Notes: a model not told the origin generated them from the sequence alone. A stretch of DNA of 64,000 nucleotides from an uncultured archaeon (GCA_963799775.1 CAWCYD010000003.1:736001-800000), one strand, 5' to 3'. Positions 1-11,061 are shown, counted from the first letter of the stretch. Program-made: numbers and translations.

Positions 1-2818
1 CGGCCCGATACGTCTCCCAGGCTTCGTCGGCCCTCGAGGAGCTTGAGGCTGGAGAGACTCGTTCGTCTTCTCCTTGAAGTAGGCGCCGATCTGCGACCTG
101 TTGGGACTGAGTGTCACAGAGACAGGCAGTGCGGAGACCTTGGACGCGAACCTCACCTTCTTGACGTTGCAGAGCAGGGCGATGAGCTTCTCCGCGCGCT
201 TCATCCTCGTGAGCTTCTCCGCCGGGACATAGACCTCCATGCTCCTGAGGGGCCACCGCCGCTTGAGCCTAGCCTTCACCCTCGCAGAGTTGCACGCGGC
301 CTCGACCAGGAGGGCGAACTCGACCGCCTCCGTCTCTGCCTTCGCAGACTTTGGCAGACCGAGCTTCGGGAGTTCCTCGAGGAGGAGAGGCCCCTTCCAG
401 GGCTTGGCTGCGAACATCTCCTGGTGAAGGTACTCTGTGATGTAGGGGGAGACGGGATGGAGGAGCATGTCGACAGCGGAGAGCGCGTACCCCAGGACTG
501 CGAAGATCGCCAGCCTCCGCGGCTTCTCCTTGGGGCTGTCGCTCCAGAGCTCGTTCCTTACCATCCTGACGTATCCCTGGCTGACCACCTCAACTATCTG
601 GTGCTCCAGCTCCTTGCACGCGTCGTTGTACCTCGCGGTCTCGTACGCGTTCTCCACGCTCTCGACTGCCTGCTGGAGGTTGTAGAGCACCCAGAGGTCG
701 ACCTGCGTGAGGAGCTTCCTGCCCAAGGCCCATTTCGCCGTGTGCTTGCGCGGGTCGAAGCCGTCCTGCTCGCCGTTCTGTTGAAGATAGACGTGGAGGT
801 GATAGAGGGTGTTGATGGCACCTGGTAAGGCCTCCCCGACATCTCCTTGGTGTCCATGCTGAGGGCGTCGACCGGCGAACTCTTCCAAATGATGTAGTAG
901 CGGAGCAGGTCCACGGAGCCTGTGTTCAGCATCTCTAGCGCGTCGAGGACGTTCCCCAGGCTCTTGCTCATCTTCCGACCCTTCTCGTCGAGGACGTGCC
1001 CCTGGAACAGGAACGCCTTGTACGGGGAGACGGGCTTGCCCTCATAGATCACGTTGAGGACGAGCAGGGTGTAGGCCCAGCCGCGCGTCTGGTCGATCCC
1101 CTCGGTGAGGTGGCCCACAGGGACGAGCGAGGCCCTCTCGGCGTCGGTGAAAGCAGACAGCGGCGCGGAGCCGCTGTTGTGCCAGGTGTCGAGTACGAAG
1201 GGCTCCCTCCTGCACGGTGCGCCGCACTTTGGGCACTTTAGCAGCACCCTGTCTATCCACGGCCGGTGGAGCTCGAACGACTCGCCGTCTGGGAGCTCCA
1301 GGGCCTTGTCGAGTATCTGCCTGCGTGAGAAAGCCGTGCACCTTCTCCTTGCACTTTGTGCAGACCCATATCGGGAGCGGCGTGCCCCAGACCCTCTCCC
1401 TGGAGATGCACCAAGGGGGGACTGTTTGATGAACTCGATGAACCTGTTCCTGGGCTGGTCGAAGTAGTACTCGACGTGCTCTGCGGCCTCCACCAGCTGC
1501 TCCTTCACCCTGTCTATCCAGTAGAAGTACTCGCGTCTCGCCACCCAGACGAGCCTGTGCCCGGACCTCCAGCATGTCGGGTACTCGTGCTCGAGCCTGC
1601 CCTCGTTGACGAGGCTGCCCTTCTCCGTCAGGAGCTTCGAGACGAGGCTGTCCGCGTCCCTCACAAACATCCCGGCGAACCTCCCTGTCTCCGCTGTGAA
1701 CCTCACACGGTCGTCGATGGGGGCGAAGACGGGGATCTTCCTCCTGGTCGCGACCAGAAAGTCCTCCTCGCCGTTCGCGGGGGAGAGGTGCACCAGCCCT
1801 GTCCCGGTCCCTGTGTCGACGAAATCCTCCGCGACGACCTTGTGTATGGTCCCCTGGGCGTGGACCCTCTCCAAGCCTGGGATTTCTTTGAGGAGGGGAT
1901 GCTGGTATTCGAGGGCCCTCCAGGTCTCTTCCCTTCACGACCTTTATCGTCTCTCCTATCGGCAGACCAAGCTCCTTCGCAAGGGCCGCCTTCCTGTCCT
2001 CCCCCACCACCCAGGTCTCGTCTCCGACCTTCACGTAGACGTAGTTGGCGTCGGGCTTGACGCCCACGAGCTCGTCGGTGACGACCGTGAAGGGCATCGT
2101 CGTCCAGATGAGGAGGTAGCTCCCGTCGGATGAGACCTCACCTTGTAGTATAGGCTGGGTGCCCTCCAGCGTCTCGTAGCCCAGGACTGCCTCGGCGTGG
2201 CTCAGAGACGTCATGCAGCTGGGGCAGTAGGGTACGACCTTGAAACCCTCGCCGAGGATCTTCTTCTCCCATGCCCTCTCGAGGAACCTCCACTCGCGTT
2301 CGATGTAGGCGTCCTTGTAGGTCATGTACGCCTTGGAGTGGTCCAAGAGCAGGCCCAGGAGGACGTCCGCGTCCTCCCACGACTGCAGGTACTTGCCGAG
2401 AAGCCGTTTGCAGGCCTCGACGAGCTTCTCCTCGCCGATCTGCTTGAGATCCCTCCCACTTGTTTCCGGATAGGCCAAGCTCCTTCTCGGCCTGGAGCTC
2501 GACCGGGAGGCCTTGACAGTCCCAGCCTGCCCTGAAGACCACGTTCTCCTTGAGGAGGAGCGTGCTGTAGCGATACCAGAGGTCGTCCTCCATTATGCGC
2601 CCGCGTATGTGACCGATGTGAGGGACGCCGTTGAGGGTAGGGGGGCCTTCGACGTAGCCCACTCGGGGCTTGGAACCCAGTGCCTTTGAGACCTGTCCAT
2701 GGAGGTCTGCCTCCTTCGTGAAATGCTGGACCCTCGACTCGACCGTCTTCCAATCGAAGACAGAAGGGAACTTCTGCTCGCTCGCCGTTGGCTCAGTCGG
2801 CACGGATTTGATAATCAC
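1..2818 (-). CDS. ileS: Isoleucyl-tRNA synthetase (several indels; runs off window start)
   Basis: Fragments 2138..2818, 1042..2478 and 594..1874 carry EGPPTLNGVPHIGH (HIGH), GWDCQGLPVE, WTTMPFT, GTGLVHLSP, EGIDQTRGW and KMSKS. Confidence 0.95.
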
Positions 2819-2898
2819 TCATGCGCTTCTCTTGCCGCAGGAGGGCACGACGAAATCGATTTTAAAATCCTTCGGCCAGAAAAGCTGGAGGGGGTCGG

Positions 2899-3899
2899 TC
2901 AGGTGTCCGACCGATAGTCCGAGAGGGCGGCCTGGTACCCGTCAAGCGGCTTTGCGTCGAAGCCCTCCGCCCTCAGGGTCCTCGCGAACTCGTTCGTGAA
3001 GCCGTGGGTGGTGTAGACGACCTCCGGTGAGACGTCCTCGACGAGCTTGAGTAGCTCTGAATAGTCGCAGTGGTCGCTTACCGGAAAGGAGTAGTCAGCT
3101 CCCATAGATCCCCCGTATCCTCGCTCCACTGCCCAGCCGCTGAATGCGGTCAGCACGGCCCCGAACTCCTTCTTCAGCCTGACCGCCACGCGGTTCCTCG
3201 CGCTCATCATGGGCGCTATCATCACCCACGGCCCTTGCGGGAGCCCGTCGAGGGCCTGGATATGGTCTTGGCGGCGGCCTTGAGCGGGACGCCCGACTCT
3301 CTGTAGATGTCGTTCGATCTGGCCCACCGACTCGTGCACGAAGAACGGCTCGACGAGGAGAAGAGAGACGAGAGTATCTGGGACTTGCCGAGCGGATACC
3401 CCATGAGGACGATCGGCCTCCCCCTGTCGAACGTGTGGGCGATGATCTCGTTGACGAGCTTGACCGTCTGGTCCAGCGGAGGGAAGATGTAGCGCGGGTC
3501 GCCAAAGGTCGTCTCCGTTATCAGGACCCTTGCCTTCTTCGTCTTGCAGCGGCTCATGAACGCTCGCTCCCTTCCCGCCGCGTCTCCCGTGTAGAGCACC
3601 TCGTCCTTGATGTAGAGCGCCCTCGCCCCGAGTATGTGGCCGGAGTCTAGGAGGGCAACGTCGTCAGGGAGCGCATGCCTCTCAGAGCCGAGCTCGACGC
3701 CCCTCGCGCGCGCAAGCGTCACGGTCTCCTTCGAGGCGAGCACCTTCGAGGCTGGATGCGGCGTCTCGACGTGGTCCATGTGGGCATGAGAGACGAAGGT
3801 GTAGTCGGCCCTTACCGAAGCTTTCGGGTCGAGGGCGTATTTTACGCCTCGATGCTGCACCATGATGCCGGCCCCGAGAGACACACTTGCCATAGTCAA
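2899..3899 (-). CDS. MBL-fold/beta-CASP exonuclease (frameshifted near 3300-3340)
   Basis: SHAHMDH, SGHILGA, YTGD, ETTFG, then SDHCD and YTTHG in the downstream frame. Confidence 0.85.
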
Positions 3900-3987
3900 A
3901 GTGAGGGGAAGTCCACCTTGCCCTGAGCCTTCGCCGGTGAGAGCTTATGATGTTTGGGGTCGGTGCCGACATCCAGAGCCTGCGGCC

Positions 3988-4377
3988 TCAGGCGCCGAAG
4001 AGATGAGCTCGCGCGTGGACCGTGAGGAGCTCCTGGTGCTCTGTCACGAAGGCGCAGTAAGGGCACTGGACCACGTTGGGGGGAAGCTGGTTCTGCTTCT
4101 TCTTCTTGCTCGCAGCGATGGGGTCGGCAGAGTGCACGACGAAGCGCTCGCCCTGCACCTCCAATGAGTAGTGTTCGGAGTCCTTCCTGCGGGAGATGAA
4201 GCCCGTCACGGCCTGCCGCACCATCTCGGGCTCTGGCTTCGTCTCCGTGAGGACGTCCAGCACGATGCTCTCGTCTTTGACCAGTGCGATCGCGATGCCT
4301 TCAAGGCTGTCAGAGATCTGAGAGGCTAGTGCGAGCTTCTCGTCCGCTGAGAGCTCGGTGCAGTCCACCAGGATCAT
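3988..4377 (-). CDS. Hypothetical protein with C-terminal C2H2 zinc finger
   Basis: CPYCAFVTEHQELLTVHARAH motif; same strand, just downstream of the parA partner. Confidence 0.75.
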   Translation of the reverse strand: MILVDCTELSADEKLALASQISDSLEGIAIALVKDESIVLDVLTETKPEPEMVRQAVTGFISRRKDSEHYSLEVQGERFVVHSADPIAASKKKKQNQLPPNVVQCPYCAFVTEHQELLTVHARAHLFGA

Positions 4378-4426
4378 TGAGTCGGCGGCGGGTAGCCCGA
4401 GAGATAGAGCTTTTGGTGCGGCCCGT

Positions 4427-4910
4427 TCACTTGAACTTGCCGAAGAGTCGCTTGAAGAATCCGCCCGTCCTCTGGGCTGGCGCGGCGGCCTCGGCCGGAG
4501 CGGGGCTCGCAGGCTGCGGTGCGGCGGGCGCAGTCACCGTCTCGGCGACTGGGACTGGCGAGGAGGCGATGACCTCGACGATGCGTTGGGTGAGGGCGAC
4601 TGGTTCGTCAGCCGGCAGCACGACCGGCTCCGTCTCTGGCTCGATCTGGCCGCTGCTGGAGCAGCGGCGACCTCCCTGATCTCCGGGATCTGCGATATCT
4701 CCGTTATCTCAGGTGCCTCGATTGCCTCCGCTGTTGCAACCTTTGCCTGCGCAATGCACCTTCAGCGCGTCGGCGGAAGAAGACTTCGTTGTAAGAAGAA
4801 CGCGACGAGGGCCCGCCTTGGACCGTCGTTGCCGGCCCGGAAGAGGGGAATGTCGTGGCTTGAGCGGATTTGGCCCGTCTCAGAGGGTCGTCGCCTAGGC
4901 GCTTTGGCAA
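4427..4910 (-). CDS. Putative ParA partner: low-complexity linker with C-terminal amphipathic helix (two apparent single-base deletions)
   Basis: Start overlaps parA end; MPKRLGDDPL N-terminus; Ala/Pro/Glu-rich middle; ends GGFFKRLFGKFK. The 484-nt span becomes a whole number of codons if 2 bases are restored. Confidence 0.7.
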
Positions 4911-5767
4911 GCTAGTATCTCCTTTGCAAGGTCTCTGTACGCCCTGGCGCCGGAGCTCTTCGGGTCGTACTCGAAGATCGACTTGTGGTGGCTGGGGGCC
5001 TCCGCAAGGCGCACGTTGATCGGGATGTAGGTGGAGAAGACCCTCCCTTCGAACTCGTCGCGCACCTTCTCCGCGACCTCGCGGGAGATGAGCGTCCTTC
5101 TGTCGTACATGGTCAAGACCGCGCCCAGGACTCTGAGGGAGGGATTGATGTCTTCCTTGACCTTCTGGATCGTCTCTTGGAGATGGACCACGCCGTCCAA
5201 CGCGAAGTAGTGCGTCTGGACTGGGATGATGACGTCGGTGGCCGCCGTGAGGGTGTTCACCATCAGGAGACCTAGCGACGGAGGCGTGTCGACCAGGACG
5301 AAATCGTAATGCCTGTCACCATCGGTGAGGGCCTTTAGTTTCTTCTTGAGCTTGAACTGCATGTTGATGTCGTTCGCGAGCCTCACCTGGCAGGAACTGA
5401 GGTTCTGGCTGGAAGGAGCGATGTCGAGGTTCGCCCTGCAGCCGGCCAAGACGACGTCCCCGAACGAAACAGAGTCGTCCAGCAAGAGGTCTGCCGTGCT
5501 CTTCCCTTGGGGCGCGTCAGGGGAGACCAGATAGTCGGTCGAGTTGGCTTGCGGGTCTAGGTCGATGAGCAATACCTTGTATCCGAGGGAGGCCAGCTGA
5601 CAAGATAGGTTGACCGTGAGGTCGGTCTTGCCTACGCCGCCCTTTTGGTTGGCCACCGCGATCACTCGTGTGAGCGCCTGCATCGAGGCGGAGACTGTCC
5701 TTGAACCTGAGGATGAGCCTGCCATCCTGCTCGAAGTCTTCATCTCCAATCTCCCGTCTGTTCTCAT
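4895..5767 (-). CDS. parA: ParA/Soj family ATPase (true start may be internal)
   Basis: Deviant Walker A NQKGGVGKT, IDLDPQAN, DTPPSLG, IIPVQTHYFAL, RLAEAPSH. Confidence 0.93.
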   Translation of the reverse strand: MRTDGRLEMKTSSRMAGSSSGSRTVSASMQALTRVIAVANQKGGVGKTDLTVNLSCQLASLGYKVLLIDLDPQANSTDYLVSPDAPQGKSTADLLLDDSVSFGDVVLAGCRANLDIAPSSQNLSSCQVRLANDINMQFKLKKKLKALTDGDRHYDFVLVDTPPSLGLLMVNTLTAATDVIIPVQTHYFALDGVVHLQETIQKVKEDINPSLRVLGAVLTMYDRRTLISREVAEKVRDEFEGRVFSTYIPINVRLAEAPSHHKSIFEYDPKSSGARAYRDLAKEILACQSA

Positions 5768-5852
5768 CTCATGAGGGTTCCCGATAATAACCGCGAGGTG
5801 ATTTCATTTACATCTCGAGGCTAACTCATCTTAACAAAATCACCGGAGACGG

Positions 5853-8233
5853 TCAGCGCGCGGTCGAGACCTTGAGCGCCCTCCACGAATTTGGCTTCAA
5901 GTCAACCTTGATCTCGAGCCTCGAAACAAGTTTCAATCGGTCCATCTTGACCCAGAGCCCGGTCTCAGGCTGCAGCTCCTCGACCTCTGCGAATAGAGAC
6001 GTCGCGAAGGACTTGGACTTGGCAGGTAAGGGGACCAGGCCAGAGAATGGGACAGGTTCCGTGTTCCCGAGACAGATAAGGCTCGCACCAACGTCCCAGA
6101 AGAGGATGCCTTGCAGCCCCCCGGTGCCTTCCACCCTCAGTGCTTCCGGAAAGTGAGCCGAGGTCGGCATCGTCCCGTCCGCCCATCGCGAGACGTCGAG
6201 ACTCTCCTTCCCGAAACTGGAGGCGACGAACGCGCGACCCCCGGCCCTGCCGACGAATACAGACCCCTTCTTCCCCAGGTCGAGGTCGTGGACAAACAGC
6301 CAGCGCAGCTTCGATGCCTCGGGGACCTTGAACCGCAGCCCTTCTCCGCCCCAGGCTAGGCCTGCCTCGCCGAAGAGCAACGTCTCGACGAACCTCGAAG
6401 CGGCGACGGGGTCGGACCCAGAGCTCTGGATCTGCTTCCTCTCGCAATCGATCCAGTGCGGGAACTCTCCTGGATGCCTCCGAGCCGTTCCGCCTCGAGA
6501 TGAACCAACCTCGCAACTTTCTCGAGCTGTGCGCTCCCTATGCTGGGGTACCCGTTCGCGAAGGCCAACGAAGCATGAGAGAGGGCAGCCCTTGTCCAGT
6601 AGCCGCCCAGCTGCCCGTCTCCATAGGTCGGACTGTAGTATAGGTTGTTCGAGCTCGGGACCGTGCGAGGGCCCCAGCCCGTCTCAAAGTCCTTGTCCAT
6701 GAGCCTGTGCACGACGGAAGAGGCCAGGTTCTGGTCAGGCGAGAAGAACGAGAGACCCACGGCCTGGTCCACAGTCATCTCCTTGTGGACGACTCCCCGG
6801 GAGTCCACGTTTAGCGCAAGCGCGCGTGTCTCGGGGCCCTAAGTTTCTCGTTCAGCGAGTCCAATAGCCTGAGGCTCTGTTCACGGAGCTTCGCGGAGTC
6901 GCTCCCCCTGCCCGCCAGCTGCGCGACCGTCGACGCGTCACGGAGGGCTCTTACGGCGACCAGGTTGACTTCGGCTGTGTGACCGGTCGGGAAACCGGCG
7001 CCAAGCCGGCGCCTCCACCCGTCTGGGGACTCGGACGACGAGACCAACAGGCCGTCGGCTAGCATGTTCGAGAGGCCGTCCGCGACCTTCTTGACGTTCG
7101 GGTAGGACTTCTTGATGGCTCTCCTGTCCTGGGAGCGCGCCGTGAGACAGGCGCACAGCCCGATGAGGTAGAGCGAGGTCTCCAAGGACACTCCTCTCTC
7201 GAGGCCAAGCCCTGCGTCTCGAGCGGTGTCCGAGTAGCGGATCGTCCCGTCCTTCCTGAGATTTCTTCTTCCCCACTCGGTCAAGGTCTGGACGAAGTCA
7301 CCCTGGAGCAAGGAGAGGCCGATGCTGGCAGACAGGCGCTCCTCCAGGTTCTCTTCGCTCTCTATCGAGCAAAGGATGGCCTTTGCCCACTCGAAAGCGA
7401 AATTGACGGAGGGATTCGAGGTGACGAAGCCGACCCCGGCTGGATTGACCGAGCCAGACGCGCCCTCCTCGGCCAGAGCGGTCGTCGCCGCGCTGAGCGC
7501 GGCCTCCAGCGATGAAGGGTGATAGAGAGAGAAGGACCTGATCTCCGCGACGCCACCAGGCAGGAGGTCGAGTGCCCTGCTGCGTCATGATGATGACCGA
7601 ACCTGACATTCCGAGCGAGCTCTCTGGGAGCTCCCCGAGGGAGAGCAGCTCCGCGGCTCGGCTCCTGTCCTTCGTCATGTATATGACGGATGGGCGGGAG
7701 GAGAAGCCGATCACCCTGACGCCTGTGGTGTCGCCCACGTCGTCCATCACGACCTGGTCTTGACGGTTGAACGCGTTGACCCCGATCTCTCCGGGAGCAT
7801 CGCGGTCTCGTCTGAAGTTCAAAGACGTGGGGTCATGGAGGGTCAACACCCTCAGCCTCGCCACCGCGTCGGTCCTGTTGGTGAGGGTCACAGCCCTTAC
7901 CCAGCCCTCGCACTCACCGTGGAGCAACCTGACAGAGTGCACGGCTTGGATCTTCTCCACCCCTCGCGGTGAGTAAGAGGCACCAGTCGGAGTGGTCCTC
8001 AGAATGACGTCCTGGGAACGTACGCCTATCTTCACGCCGGCTTGGATCTTGAAGACCTCGGTCGAAATCCTCCCGAAGACGAGCTTCCTCGCGTGCGCGC
8101 TGTAGAGCCAGGACATGGACCCGTCAGGCTCTATCTTGGCTCGGATCCCGCCACGGAAGAGGAAGATGCCCCTCTTCAGCTGCGAAGCCGAGAGCTCGCG
8201 GGTCTGGGGGAACTGCGAGAGCCCGCGCTGCAT
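5853..8233 (-). CDS. Large glycoside hydrolase / glycogen debranching-like protein, fragmented by indels
   Basis: Four abutting minus-strand ORFs (7298..8233, 6811..7311, 6356..6808, 5853..6380); GWGPRT..YSPTY..G.W resembles the amylo-alpha-1,6-glucosidase-like barrel. Confidence 0.5.
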
Positions 8234-8255
8234 GTCTGCACTTTGCGGTCTCTTG

Positions 8256-8303
8256 GTGAACTAATGCACCGGGATTGAACCTACTTGAGCATCGGGTGAA
8301 CTA
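8256..8303 (-). repeat. Three ~20-nt-spaced copies of the IS right-end motif TAG(G)TTCA(C/A)
   Basis: TAGTTCAC 8303-8296, TAGGTTCAA 8283-8275, TAGTTCAC 8263-8256. Confidence 0.55.
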
Positions 8304-9453
8304 CCCTCGGCAACGCCGTAGGCTTCTTGCTTCAACGGCACGAACTTGCTTATCCGCCGGTGAGGGAGAAAAGGCAGAGGCTGCGCCTCAGCATGGGCCT
8401 GTTCCAGGCCCCTTTGCAGCACGTTCCTGGCCGCGTTCACGTCCCTATCGAGGACGAGACCGCACACCGGACACCGGCGTATACGCACCCAGAGATTCTT
8501 CTGAACCACGGCACGACATCTGGAGCATTCCTGCGACGTCCCGCGGGGGTTGACGAGTATCACCCGCCCACCATGCCTCTCCGCCTTGTAGGCGGTCAAG
8601 GTTCGGAGCTGACCCCATGCGGCGCCCATTATTGCTCTGGCGAGATAGTGGCGTTTTACCATCTTTGGAATATGCATATCCTCAAAGACGATTACGGAAT
8701 GATTCTTAGCGAGGTAGTGGGAAAACCTTGTGCGTCTTGTCGATGCGCTGGTTCTTCACCTTGCGCCATTCCTTTGCTAACGCGACCCTGGCTTTCTGGC
8801 TGTTTCTTGAGCCCGGTCTCTTTCGTGACAAAGACCTCTGCAGAGTCTGAATCTTCTCGGCGGATCGCTTGACATAATCCGGGTTGTCAAATGTCGTTCC
8901 ATCGCTTAGGACGGCTAGCTTTAGCAAACCGAGATCCACTCCGATGGGTGGTCTGTCATTGGTTACCTTTTTCGCGTCTGGTAGTTCGACCTGAATGGCA
9001 GCAAACCAGCGGTCAATCTCGCGAATTATCGTGCATCTCTTAGGCTCACCGAGTAGTTTTCGATGGACTTTCATCCTGATTTGGCCAATCTTCGAAAGTC
9101 TCAATCGGTTCTTCCAAATACCAAAGCCCGGTTGTTGTGGATAGGTGAAGGAGTTGTACCTTTCCCTCCGCTTGAATCTCGGCTTCTTAGTAAGCCCCTT
9201 GACCCATGATGTGTGAGCCTTGTCGAGCCTGATATTGACATCCTGGAGAACTTGTGAATGCACTGCCTTCAGATACTTGTTGTCGACCTTTCTTGTGACT
9301 AGAGATGCCTGCTTCTGATAGAAATCTGATCGCATCTCATGAGTTTCCTCGAGGAGCTGGTTATACAGGTGCCTGCATGTCTCAATGAACCTCACTCATC
9401 AAGAATTCCTGCGTTCTGGTCGGATAGAGCCTGAACCTGTAGGTGCTTATCAA
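8261..9453 (-). CDS. tnpB: IS200/IS605-family RNA-guided endonuclease TnpB (indels near 9395 and 8710)
   Basis: TTG start after GAGGTG RBS; YRFRLYP, RuvC-I GVDLG, RuvC-II VFED, TSQECSRC/CPVCG zinc finger, RuvC-III DRDVNAARN. Confidence 0.93.
8276..8430 (-). ncRNA. Predicted TnpB omegaRNA (scaffold over tnpB 3' end plus guide beyond the right end); boundaries approximate
   Basis: Position at the IS right end; established TnpB biology. Confidence 0.5.
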
Positions 9454-9520
9454 ACACCTCTTGTTCCAGATTTCGGATATAAGCGCCCATCCTAGCGGTC
9501 AAATGCACAGTCTCCCAATC
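8296..9520 (-). mobile_element. Solo tnpB IS200/IS605-type element (no tnpA); left end uncertain
   Basis: Right end GAAG-hairpin(CCTACGGC GTT GCCGAGG)-GTAGTTCAC ends at 8296; visibly more AT-rich than flanks; inserted after the cysS stop. Confidence 0.75.
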
Positions 9521-9528
9521 AGCATCGG

Positions 9529-10974
9529 TTAAGATGCAGTTGACAACTTCTGCCAGACAGGCCCGTCCGGGGTGTCCTGGACGACCACTCCCCTCTCCTT
9601 GAGCTGCGCGCGCAGCGAGTCTGCTCTGGAGTAGTCCTTGGCCATCCTCGCCTTTTCCCGCTCATCTACGAGCGCTTGTATCTCGGATCCCTCGCGGCCA
9701 TCCCCCTCTTCGCGTCCAGCCTTCTCCTCCCAAGGAACCACCACCCCTAGCACTCCGTCGATCCTCTCCAAGGTCTTGACTATGAGGTCAAAGTCTCGCT
9801 TCGTCAGTCGTCTGGAGTCGATCATCGCGTTGATCCTTCGCTGGAACGAGAAGAGGGAGGCGAGGGCCTTTGGGGTGTTGAGGTCTCCGTCCATGGCCCG
9901 CTCGAAGCTCCTGAGGAGAGACCTGGTAGGTTGCACGCTGAGGATCGCCGGACCGGGAGGTGCAGACTTTGCTGCGCGCGAGAGCCTTGAGTGGAACTCG
10001 TCCACGCTCCTGATCGTCGCCGCGGCCTGCTCCATCGAGGTGTCGGTGAGGTTCAGCTCGTCTCTGTAGTGGGCGCCGATGAGGAAGAGCCTGATCGCCC
10101 TCGCGCTCGACCCTTGCTTCAGGAGGTCGCGCAGGGTGACCATGTTCCCGAGCGACTTGCTCATCTTCTCTCCGTTGATGTTCAGGAACTCCGAGTGGAG
10201 CCAGACGTTCACGAACTTCTTCCCGGTCAGCGACTCGGACTGGGCGATCTCGTTCTCGTGGTGTGGGAACTTCAGGTCCTTCCCGCCAGTGTGGATGTCG
10301 AAGCTCGGGCCGAGATACTTCATTGCCATGACCGAGCACTCGATGTGCCAGCCGGGCCTACCCTTGCCCACCGGGGTCTCCCAGAAGACCTCGCCGTCCT
10401 GAGGGTCCCACGCCTTCCAGAGCGCAAAGTCGTTCGCCCCCATCTTCTCGTAGTGGTCTAGAGCGACCCGCGTGCCCGACTTGACCTCGGCCTGCTTGAT
10501 TCCTGATAGCCTCCCGTACTTTGGGAACTTCTTTATCGAGAAATACGTCGAGCCGTCGTCGCCCCGGTAGGCGTACCCTTTCTTGGTCAGCTTCTTGACG
10601 GCCGCCGCCATCTCGGCGATGAGCTGGGTGGCGCGAGGGTAGTGCTCCGCTCTCTCAATCCTCAGGGTGTCCAGGTCTTCCATGAACGCCTCGGTGTAGT
10701 AGTCGGTGAGCGCTTGGAGGCTCTTGCCAGAGCTCTTTATGCCCTCGATTATCCTGTCCTCCACGTCCGTGATGTTCTTGACCTGCACGACCTTGTAGCC
10801 CTTGTACTTCAGGTACCTGCGGAGGACGTCCTCGAAGACGAAGGTCCGGAAGTTGCCTATGTGGGCGAAGTTGTAGACGGTCGGCCCGCAGGTGTACATC
10901 CTCACAGTCTTCCCGGAGAGCGGCTTGAACTTCGTGAGCCGCCTGCCCAGGCTGTTGTGAAGGACGAGGACCAT
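9529..10974 (-). CDS. cysS: Cysteinyl-tRNA synthetase
   Basis: CGPTVY, HIGN, GRPGWHIECS, FPHHENE, KMSKS. Confidence 0.98.
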   Translation of the reverse strand: MVLVLHNSLGRRLTKFKPLSGKTVRMYTCGPTVYNFAHIGNFRTFVFEDVLRRYLKYKGYKVVQVKNITDVEDRIIEGIKSSGKSLQALTDYYTEAFMEDLDTLRIERAEHYPRATQLIAEMAAAVKKLTKKGYAYRGDDGSTYFSIKKFPKYGRLSGIKQAEVKSGTRVALDHYEKMGANDFALWKAWDPQDGEVFWETPVGKGRPGWHIECSVMAMKYLGPSFDIHTGGKDLKFPHHENEIAQSESLTGKKFVNVWLHSEFLNINGEKMSKSLGNMVTLRDLLKQGSSARAIRLFLIGAHYRDELNLTDTSMEQAAATIRSVDEFHSRLSRAAKSAPPGPAILSVQPTRSLLRSFERAMDGDLNTPKALASLFSFQRRINAMIDSRRLTKRDFDLIVKTLERIDGVLGVVVPWEEKAGREEGDGREGSEIQALVDEREKARMAKDYSRADSLRAQLKERGVVVQDTPDGPVWQKLSTAS

Positions 10975-11061
10975 CTGGAGGCGGGCGGTTCACGTCACGT
11001 GCGTGATAAGGTCTTCCACGCGGAAAAATAAAAGGAGGGGGGAGATAGAATTCGCTTGCTT

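Noticed and set aside
8256-8303. Bona fide CRISPR array
   Set aside because: Repeats and spacers are far too short and no cas1/cas2 is present. Kept only as a proto-array hypothesis.
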